64,000 nucleotides of DNA. It comes from Chrysomallon squamiferum (lineage: Eukaryota > Animalia > Mollusca). Below are positions 1 through 11,225 of this stretch, one piece after another (within the stretch, counting starts at the first letter, position 1; each line of letters opens with the position of its first letter). The notes beneath the pieces were generated by a model. It saw nothing but the letters and a program-made list of their open reading frames with translations, was not told where the DNA came from and did not search any database. The translations under genes were made by a program, and so were the position numbers. Where the stretch lies: NCBI GenBank assembly GCA_012295275.1, contig CM022672.1, positions 30,938,001 through 31,002,000 of the forward strand. Direction: 5' to 3'.

Positions 1-11
1 TAAATTACTAT

Positions 12-50
<39 letters not shown>

Positions 51-248
51 GAAAGGCAAAAACAGGTCAATCTTAAATTACCTCAGAAACATCATCATAA
101 TAATGATGATAATATCAAACAAATGAGCATTTTAACAAAATGTCACTGGTATGTATGATAATTTCAAATAGTTTAGTTTTAATCACTAATTTGGTTTTCT
201 TCATACTAGAATAAAGGTAAATATCTTCTGATTTGTTATTTATTTTAG

Positions 249-486
249 TATTGGAAAGCAAACACCTAAGCTGTTAGAGGAAAAGGTGTTGAAGGAGATT
301 GCTTCAAAACACGGGAAAACACCAGCACAGGTACAAGTTAGATAACAAGTTGAGTGGTTGTTGCATCTTGACTTCAGATCAGATAATTATGTTGATTAGA
401 TTAACAGACTTTTGATGACATAAGCATATCTATATATATATATATATATTTATTTATATTCATTATCACACGAACAAGCAAGCATA

Positions 487-517
<31 letters not shown>

Positions 518-1142
518 TTATAACTTAATAACCCATTCTTACTCACAAATATGTACTCTCACACTCGCATAAATACAGACATACACTACAGACATAAGCA
601 TGCACACAAGAACAAACAAACACACAGATCCAAGTACACATGCACACAGTCCCACACACATTATAAACCATTGTTAAAATGTTATTTAAAGCTACAAAGT
701 AAATTTACTGACTGATGTATTATTTTTCACAGGTAGCCCTCAGATGGGCAATACAAAGAAATTATGCAATAGTTCCAAAAAGTATCACTCCATCCCGAAT
801 TAAAGAAAACTTTGAGGTATTTCATTTTAGTTACTGATATTCTCTACAGAGATATTGTTTTTCTTTACGTAAACTAACAGAATCATACATGTTGATTAGT
901 CCTTTCTGACTATACTACATATTAGTCAGTATCTGAATTTGGTGATAATTTATTTATTTATTTATTAACATTGTGTTGTTTGTTTTTGTTTTGGGGGTTT
1001 CTTTTGTTGTTTTTTTGGTTATTATCTTTTGTCATTTTTTTTTTTTTGTAATTTCATTAACTAGTGATAAAAAATAACACAACAATTGTTTCACTTATTA
1101 TATAACTGGAATATGTATGTATGTACGTAGTACATATGTATG

Positions 1143-1173
<31 letters not shown>

Positions 1174-1625
1174 TCTTTTTTTTCAGATTTTTGATTTTAA
1201 GCTAGAGGAGACTGAAATGGCTGAAATTTCAAAACTAAATAAAAATCAAAGGACTTGTCACAGCAGAGGTGTAAGTTTTTTTAAATATATTTTATAATTG
1301 TGAATGATTGACCAGGATACAAATATAACTCATACTTTATTCAAGTTATTTAATTTTCTATCAATTAAATGTGTGTGTGTGTGTATGATTTTATTATTAA
1401 ATTTATTATTTTTAAAATTATGATAGTAAATTTATATTTTAATATTTTATAATGATTTAATGAGTACAAAATTTTAATAATATTAAATGATTCCAGTAAT
1501 GTAGGATTCAAAGTATTTTAATATTTACACATATAGGAAAGAATGAATTTCTTCCTTAATCTTTAAATATTGGGCAAGTGAATTTTCATACCAACTGAAT
1601 TGAACTAAAGAATAGTGATAAAAAC

Positions 1626-1669
<44 letters not shown>

Positions 1670-2182
1670 TTTAATGATATTCTCTAAACTTTCAGTATTA
1701 CCAGTTAATAAACCAGTTAATACTAACAACAAGGTTAAATTAAAATATTTCAAAAAAAAAAATAACAAAAAAAATAAAATAAACACAAGCTTGATGATCA
1801 GGATTCCAAACTAAAAGCTGAAACCTTTGTTACATCATTTTTTTTTTTCATCTCTGGTATTGTAAACACTTATTTGTAAGCCAGTCAACTGGCTAAGCTT
1901 AGCTGAAAGAACAGTTACATAGCATGGATTGTTCTGGTCACAAACACATGGAAATTGAAACCAATGCATTTCCTAACTTGTGGAAACTCCCAGTCCCTTC
2001 CACCAGTTCAGCAGTGAAACTAAGAATTTTGTACCCATGGCAACCATACCCTTTGACCTCACCCATCACACAAGTCGTTGCATTTTAAGTGAGAGGTATT
2101 CTTTTTGGTTCATTTTCAAACTGTCTTTTTCTTCTCTTTTTTTTTCAGATTTAAATGCCATCCTCAGTATCCATTTCTTTGA
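249..2182 (+). CDS. Aldo-keto reductase (AKR1-like), 3' part; exons 249-330, 733-816, 1187-1270, 2149-2182
   Basis: Manual splicing at GT-AG sites gives [27 protein letters not shown]|[28 protein letters not shown]|[28 protein letters not shown]|(x)[10 protein letters not shown]. This contains the AKR motifs KTPAQV-LRW, PKS-xxxRI-EN, FDF-L and a terminal HPxYPF. The last junction has a 1-nt phase mismatch (see findings). 5' exons lie upstream of the window. Confidence 0.93.
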
Positions 2183-2533
2183 GTCCAGTGATGTAAAAAA
2201 TAAGATAGACACAATAAAATTTTTGAAGAAAAAAAGCTGTTTGAAAGGATAAAATGTTCACATACATGAAAAGTCTTATGTATAGAATAATTCCTGGTTT
2301 ATAAACAGATGCCAGAATCATGTTTTTTTTAATGATTACTGTTATTTTACAAACTATTGTTTTTAATCAGTATTATTGTTATTGGTATTTAAAATATACA
2401 ACACATTATTCCAGATTATTCTCATTTATTATATATTGTTTTGAAGTTGTTATTAATTTAATTTTTATTACAATTATAAATTGTATAAAAACCCACAACT
2501 GTTATTCAGTTAAAATAAAAAGTGAAAATGGTC

Positions 2534-2575
2534 AATAAAGAAAATAACCAACAATCTGTGTTGTTTTTGTTTGCA
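2534..2575 (+). terminator. Likely AKR polyadenylation signal with GU-rich downstream element
   Basis: AATAAA at 2534-2539 followed by TCTGTGTTGTTTTTGTTTG about 15 nt downstream; other AATAAA hexamers lie near 2213 and 2514. Confidence 0.45.
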
Positions 2576-2613
2576 CATCTGTTATTTGAGCTGATTTTTA
2601 TTAATCATTGTCA

Positions 2614-2658
<45 letters not shown>

Positions 2659-3639
2659 ACCCAATAGAGTAATGGTTTCTTAATTTACTGCAGTTCGTAA
2701 GACCCTCATTTATTCCTGTTTAATTTTCATCAGCTGAGACATATGAACAAAAATTATTTTCAGTCCAAATCAGTAAGAGCTGAAATATTTCTGAATTTTT
2801 TACAACAGCTAAACTTCAACCAGCTTGATCACTATAAATTCACTTTATAGTTCATTTGATGCATTATTTGTCACAGAAAATTTACAAATAAAACAATAAT
2901 TTAAATTTTTAGTTAACAAGTTTTTAACTTGTGTTTTAAGCTAGAGATAGAATAAATGTTATAATTTCAAACAAACAGGAAATATTAAAGATGGGAAAAT
3001 ATGAAAAATAAAAAGGAGTATAACAAAGATTAACCAGAAACCTTTTTGTAATTATACACCTTTCTTTCAGTGATTTGGATACTTTTATTACAATGCAGGA
3101 TTTTTATCCCTTTTTATTATTGTTTTTTTTGTTGTTGTTTGTTTGTTCAGTGTAGAAAGACCTAATAACTGGTAATATTAACATTTTAATTTGACGATAT
3201 CACTGCACCTCACCAAAAAAATGAAGTTAAAGTTTAATTAAAACTGAAATAATTATGAACATTATAGTCCTGAAATAATAACAAATTTACAATTTAGGAT
3301 GTGAAAATAAGAATAACCTGACTCAGTGAGGATATTTATTATATTGGTTATAATGTTCTTTTGGACTGGTCCAAGATATCTTTATACCAAATGCAGAAAT
3401 GGCCGGTATTCTGCATTATTATGATAATATATATAATTATTTATGGATAGTTCATTCACGGCCTAAGATTCATTCTCATGCAATTAAATCCAGCATAAAG
3501 TTTTAAATTTGTTTTATTAATAATTAGTAATAGTAACCTTAGAAATAAAATATAAATACTTCAACTCCGTACTCCATTAAAAATGAAACAACATAATAAA
3601 TAAAATAAAACATACAATTTACTCATGATTTACTGTCTG

Positions 3640-3792
3640 CCAAAAAAAGCTTATACCAAATTGCTTTTCGAGTTAGTATGCAGTTATCGCCTCATGAATT
3701 CATAGATTGGTATTAACTTTTGAATTATACTTCCTGTTTATAGCGTAAAATCCTTATGATTGCGGTATATCTAGGTAATTTGCTTAGCCAAC
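3640..3792 (+). promoter_or_regulatory. SRP72 promoter / 5' UTR region
   Basis: Small CpG cluster inside otherwise CpG-depleted DNA; ETS-type ACTTCCTG at 3729-3736; good start context CCAACATGG. Confidence 0.45.
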
Positions 3793-3898
3793 ATGGCAAA
3801 GCAACAAGACAGCACAAATTTGTCCTCGCTTTATGCCGAATTAAACCGTTTAGGACAAAGACAGGAATATGAGAAAGCTATAAAACTTGCTAACAAAA
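3793..3898 (+). CDS. SRP72: SRP72 exon 1 ([35 protein letters not shown])
   Basis: ATG in good context; donor AA|GTAAGT at 3899. Confidence 0.9.
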
Positions 3899-6800
3899 GT
3901 AAGTGTCATAAAGATAATAGAATATACTTGAAACGTGCAGTAAACCAATATTTTATTCCACCATCCACGACCTTATGTTATGGAAAGTTAGTTGAGGTAC
4001 CGGGTATTTGATTACGTTTTATTAGAATTTAAGCATCAGAATCAATAGTGACTAAATCGTTTCTCTGTGAAGCTTTATCTAATCATTTATTATTTTAAAA
4101 ATATGTTATACTTTGTGTTTAATATATAATTATAATGAAGTTGGGATCAAAACTAACTAAACTAATACCACCATCTGTGCAGTGACCACAGGGCAGAAAT
4201 TAAAATCTACCATAACCATTAACAGGAAACATACACTGATACAGTGATACACGATGTCACTTTTGTTAGAAAAAGAGAGGCATCATAACTTTCAAGAATT
4301 AAATAAATATTGATATATATATCAATTTGTATAAATTAAAGATATTTTGTATTAAGTTTCTTTTTTTACACACGTGCAGAATAGGATGAGTCTTAAAGTA
4401 TGTCAGCGTGTTTATTTGTCAGTGATAAATTCTTTTCTTCTGTCACATTAATTTTTTGACACCATAACTTTCCTGTCATTTCCAATGAAAGCTGTTATCT
4501 AGGTTACATATGCTTTCTCATTCAGCACAAACTGTGATAACAGATTTTTGAAAACCAAGCACAATAATTCTAAATTTTATTTGTGTTGAATTGATGAAGT
4601 ACAGGCACAGGTAATGACTGTATTATAAACTGTGATCCCATTGAAATATGAAGATACATCATAAACATTATTTATTTTTATATAAATTTATTTTACAGGA
4701 CAGGGTGAATTATTGTTGTAATAAAATACATTTTTTATTTATTGATTTTCTTTGACAATTTTTAGTTTTATTGTTATTATTATTATAATAGTGTGAATTA
4801 TTGTTATAATCTTTTTATTGATTTTTACTATTAATAATATTATTATTATTATTTTATTTTTTATGTATAGTTCTTCACAATCATAAAGATGAAATCTTGG
4901 CATTCCACTGCAAAATTGTCAGTTTGACTTTACTGAATAGATTTGAAGAAGCTCTTAACATTCTCAACCGAGAAAAGGAATTTCTGAAGTAAGTATTCTC
5001 TGAACTTTAACACTTATTTATATTTTGTCATTCTAAAGTCTTTACTTAAAAATCTTTTTATTTATCCTTTGAATAACACCCAGACCTAAGAATAATAAGA
5101 CTGAAACTGATGTTTCTTTCAAAGTACTTGTTATTCAGTTTCATCAGGATAGACAGTTTTAAAATACAGACATAATCAGATAATGATAATGATTTATAAA
5201 TAGTTAGTCTGATTGAGAAAGAGTGTAATAAGTAATTCACTGCTGTTTAAAATATTAATTTGCTGACTGGGTATAATTCATTATTACTTAACTGGTTTTT
5301 TCTTTGTCTGTATTCAAGGATATTTTATTGATTGATTTGATACTAAATTAACACTTCTTTTAATTGTCTGTTAGCATTTAAATATACATAGAAATAGCAG
5401 TGGGCCACACATCTAAGAACATTTTTGTAGAAGTTTTACTAAATTATGTGAATTCTGGAGTAGATATAAACTTTTAAAAAAAACGTTATGATATTTCATG
5501 TTTAAGTAAAAAAGAATTTTATAAGAATTCTTATAGACTGAGAATACTATTATTTTGGAATCATGATATAAAGGAAGAAGAGTACATCATTACATGTCTT
5601 ATGTACATGTTTTTTAATATTATTCTTGTGTTTTTTTTGTTTTTTTAAAATTAATTTTCAGTTGAAAATTTTCTCAATTGACAATTTCGCTTTTTGTTAT
5701 TAAAAAAAAAAGAGTTTTTATTACCCTCAATTATACTGTAAAAATATTTATTTCCTTTCTTTATCAGTTTGTGCAATAATACAAACATTTAAATAAGTTT
5801 CATAGAAATTTATTGTTCAAAAATTACAATTAAATTAAAAAAATTAATTGAATTACTGCTCTGATTCTGCAGAAGTCTGAAGTTTGAGAAGGCCTACTGT
5901 GAATATCGACTGAACAGAACACACGAGGCCTTAACGACCCTGAGGTCAATTGAGAACCCAGATCAAAGGTCAAAAGAACTGCTAGCTCAGGTGGTAAGTA
6001 TTCTGGTCAAATTTGCAAATCTGTAAAAATTACTTAAAAACAACAAGAAAGACATAGATATGTAGATATATTTACATTGTGTCTGTGTGTCTCTGTGTGT
6101 ATATAATATATATACAGGGGGTACTTGACATGTTTCGTTTCAACTTTACAGCTGTAATCGCATAAATAAATAATTTAAAAAATATATTTTGACTTTAAGC
6201 AGCACAATCTAAAATTAAAATGTTGTTAAACGAGGCAAAAGAATACATTTTTATGCAGCATTTGTTTGCAAGAGGTGGCATCGTTTGGGTCCCAGCATAC
6301 AGTCTTTGAGTACCACATGCTTTGTTTAAACCTCTCTCACTTTTGTGTTTTTTTGTGACTTTTTTATCCTTCAGTATGGCTCCCAAACATAAGGCAGACT
6401 CTCTCTCTTTCATTTTCCTATGGCCTAGCTCTATTTCTTAATAAATATAATATCAACTTATGTTGGTCCACAGGAATGAAACTCCAATGAAACTCAAAGA
6501 GTCCCTGTTCATATAAAATCAGAAAGAGATTGATTATTAGAAAATTAGCAAAATTACTAATTAACAGTATCTCCTAGCCTTGATTATTAATACATATATG
6601 TTAATATAAAACAAATAACCATTACAACATTTAAAAAAAGAAACAACCACAAAGAAAATACTTTTTATAGTTATTTTAGGGGTTTTTTAACGAGTTTGTT
6701 ATTTAATTCAGTTTTGTATTTTAATTTCAGCTCTACAGGTTGGAAGAATATAAAGATTGTTACAATTTGTACAAGGATATTATCAAGAATTCAGAGGTTT

Positions 6801-8165
6801 GTTTACTAATAATTAAAAAATGGTTCTCTTATTTTATACATAGAATTTTGGTACAGTGAAGGATAATAATCTAACAGCTTAGTAAAATTAAATTATTTTC
6901 TTTAATTTGACAAATACACAAATATATTGGATTGAAGGACATGTTGGAACCAAACAATAATATATACTTATTTTTTATGAAAGATAATGGAAATTTGTAA
7001 TAAATAATTTTTGATGTTTCTGCATTTTTCATTGCAGGATGATTTTGATGCAGAAAGGGAGACAAATCTTGCTGCTGTGGTTGCTTCAGTTCAGATGTGG
7101 GATGGAGAAGACATGGTAGGTTAACAGGATAAAACTTAACAGTTTTAACATTATATATTATCTGGTGTCAGTAAATAATAAAGAATGAATTAACAACTGA
7201 GTATTGTAAATTTAAGTCCATTTGACATATATGATTAAAAATGTCATTAATTTGGGGGGTTCTATCTTATCTTTTACATTTTTCCTCTTTTTTTTTTTTT
7301 TTTTTTGCTATATAAATATTTATAAGATCAGCCTGAATAATCATACTTGAGTACTGAATTACACATTTTAGTCTTGCTTGAATTCAAAGATGAATTAGGT
7401 TAAAAGAAATACAGAACATTTTTTTGGCTATGAAGCAGAAATTATAAAATGTGAGTCTATTAGGCAACACATGCCGAAAAGAAGTTTTTGGTTTGGATTC
7501 AAAAATGTTAAAAGATCCAGAAAAAGAGTTTTTGTTTGGATTAAAAGACAACAAAGGTGAATGTATTATTATTATTATTATTAGGTATGAAAAAGAGATA
7601 TAATCAGACATTTCTGTTTGTTATTTTGTGGTTCTTTGTGGTTAACAGAATGACCATGGACTTGGAGATGGGACGTATGAGTTGTGTTACAACAACGCCT
7701 GCTATTACATTGGCAAGAAGGATTACAAAACTGCAGAGGAAAAACTGAGAAAAGCAGAAGGTAAAGTCACCTATAGTCTTTTGTACAGTTTTCTTTAAGT
7801 TATTTTCTGCAACTGTAAATAAATTCTTAAAAAATTCATTTTAAAAAAAATAAAATAAAAAAAATTTCACTTGTTTTAGATTTTTTTTTTTTTTTTTTTA
7901 CCCAGAATTAAATTTTTTTGCAATTATTAGGATCGTACCTAACAACACTGAATACATTGTGGTGTATAAAATGACCAGTTTAACATTAAGTGATGATGTA
8001 TTTTGATTGTAACGTTTGATGACATTTTTTATTTGAAAAGCTGAATTAGCAACATTCAATACAAAAAAAAGGGATGGATTTAATCATTTTCTCGTATTGA
8101 AAAAAACATATCAAAATGATCAATTTAACAATTGAAACATTGTATATATATATATATATATATAA

Positions 8166-8226
<61 letters not shown>

Positions 8227-10028
8227 AATGTAAATGTATATGTATGTATATATATGTATATATACATATATACATATACATATTATATACTTATGTGCTT
8301 ACAAATAAGAAAATGTTTATTTTAAAGAGTTTTTGAGAGATGACACTGATCTGACACCTGAAGAACTTGAAGAAGAACTTGCCATTGTCAGGTAAAACAC
8401 TTTCTTATTTCAGTATTTTTTATTTCTAAAAGGAAATTTCAGTCTCATATTAAATCATAAGAATTTCAGAAATGTGTTTCCTTTTTTCCTTTTTTTTTTA
8501 ATTAGTTCAGTATATAAAATTTTTGATTTATCATTAGCCTTAAACCAGAATAACATTTTTGTTTATCAAGAAATATTTATCTGTTTTGAAATTGTTACTT
8601 AGGATACTTAGCAGATTACATTTTGTCCATTTATTTAATTTTTTGGTTTCTGTTTCACTCTCTGATATTAATTTTAAAAAACAAAAATTTGTTATTTCAT
8701 TACACAGGACTCAGCTTGGGTTTGTATTGCAGCAGTTGAACAGAAATGAAGAGGCTTCAAAACTTTATAACCAAGTTCTCAAAAACAAGTTAGTCTATTT
8801 TTTTTTTAAATTAATCTTTATTTGTCTTTGAAATAGCTCAATTTATAAAAGTAAATTTCTATTTATTTATTATCTTTTAATAATTTGCTATATGAATCAT
8901 TATTATTATTAAATACACAAAATATGTTGTTATTATCACTATGATTGTATTTGTCTTTACTGTAATTCTACCTTATCTCTCCTCCTTTTTTTCTTCTTCT
9001 TCTTATTGTTATTGTTATTGTTATTATTATTATTATTATTATTTAATTTAACCACAGCTGGTATTTATTTGCCTCAACTCTTTGACATAAATTTTATTTA
9101 TTTCTTTTCTCAGACCTTCTGATCAAGGCACTGTAGCTGTAGCTTCAAACAACATAGTGACACTGAATAAGGTAAATTGTTGATTGGAGTTTTTCTGAAG
9201 AACATTTTAAATCTTAAATGCAAGCTTCTGCTTTAAGCAGAAATGGACATAGGACTTCTTGAATTGAGAGTCTCTTATTTTACATGCACTTTGTGACTCC
9301 TGAATAAAATATTGCCATTACATTAATTATATATATATGTGTGTGTGTATACACACACATATATATGTTAAAATTGACATTAATCTTTTGACAGAAGTAT
9401 ATTTTTTTATTTGAAATTTGTTACATCATTTGAATTATTATAACATTTATTCCTCAGAGCTATTTTTATTTTATTTTAATGGTGATATATATTTTTTTAA
9501 CAGGATCAGAACATGTTTGATTCTAAACGAAAAATGAAAGTTGCCAGGGGAGATAACCTAAAGCACAAATTAACAAATATTCAGAAAGAGAAGATTGGCA
9601 TCAACCAGTGTCTTCTCCATTTGTATTCAAACCAGGTACATTTATACTTTTCTTATACTTAATCTATATTAACCTAGTTAAGCACTAAATTTCATTATTT
9701 AAACATTTTGATCTCTGTCTCACTGTCAGCTGATTATCATTTTCTGAGAAATTTAACAAAATTCTTGGAAAGCAAATACTGCTATCAAACTCATTCATTT
9801 GTATATTCATTTGTATATACAAACCAGGCACATTTACATTTTTCATTCTTATACTATTGTTCAGTTTATGTCAAATTCCATTGTTTAAAAGAAAATTGTT
9901 TATTCAGCATATTTGGTGGATTATTGTTTTCTGAAAATGTTAACAAGATATTACAAACTTGAAAATATTTTTATATGTTGTCATCAGTTGATTTTCATTG
10001 TTTGAACACTTTTTTATTTTTTTAAATA

Positions 10029-10117
<89 letters not shown>

Positions 10118-10200
10118 TATTTATTTATTATTTAATTTTAAAATTTACATAAAATTTAAGATGTTTTTTTTTTTCTGTAATCATTTTCTTTTGTTTTCAA

Positions 10201-10254
<54 letters not shown>

Positions 10255-11192
10255 ATATTTATTTTTGATATTATTTTTAATTTTCTGTAGAGTGACCAGT
10301 GTTTATCTCTGGCTAGGAGTCTCGCAGAGAAACACCCTGATATGGACACACCCGTTTTAGTGGAAGCAGCCCAGTACGCAAAAGACAAAGACATTTCTAA
10401 AAGTATAGAAGTTTTAGAGGTTTGTTTTACTATTTTATTTATAAATCTTTATTTATCAGCTGTTTCTTGAATGCAGTATAGAAACTTTAGATCTATATTT
10501 TATTTTTATTTTTATAAATCTTGTGACCTGAATTCATCAAAGTGTTCTGTTTTCAGTTAACTATAGAAACTTAAGATTTTATTCTTTTAATTATTATTAT
10601 TATTATTATTTTTTATTGTTACTATTTTTTTTTAAATAAAACTTATAATCTTGTGTGCATTTTAGAAACTTTAGAGGTTGGTTTATGTATATTTCTTTAT
10701 AAATCTTATGGTCTGAATTCATCAGATGTTCTGTTGGAGTATAGAAACTTCAGATTTTAGTTTGTTTTATTTGGGTTTTTTTTTTTTTTTTTCATCAATC
10801 TTATGATCTGAATTTATCAAATGTTCTGTTTGCCATTGTTGAAGTTTAGAAACTTGGGTTTATAATTTAGTTTTATTCTTATAAATATTTAAATGAGTAA
10901 ACTAGAAATTATAAAAGTATTCTGTTTGCAGCTGTTACAGATGAGGTAAAATTTTAAACTGCAGTATGATTATGATGTTTAAAAATAAACTGCATCTGGG
11001 TTTTATTACCATTTTTGTGGTTGTTATTATCATTATTATTGGTATGTTATTATAATTTTATTATAATGTCTTCTTTTGTTTTTCTTTTTTTCAATAAGTA
11101 GTTATAAACTAATATATTTTAATATCTGTGAAAATGTGAAATATTTTAATATATATAAATATATTTCTTATTACTACTACTATTATTGTCTC

Positions 11193-11225
<33 letters not shown>

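Noticed and set aside
5870-5875. NAGNAG acceptor (CAGAAG) at SRP72 exon 3
   Set aside because: A common feature that changes at most one residue; no evidence that the distal site is used.
6112-6420. TA-CAGGGGGT start resembling a Tc1/mariner terminal repeat
   Set aside because: No partner inverted repeat or transposase remnant was found.
7990-8044. Box C/D snoRNA-like GTGATGA...TTGATGA...CTGA in SRP72 intron 6
   Set aside because: Only about 55 nt, no terminal stem and no recognisable rRNA antisense element; such motifs are expected by chance in AT-rich DNA.
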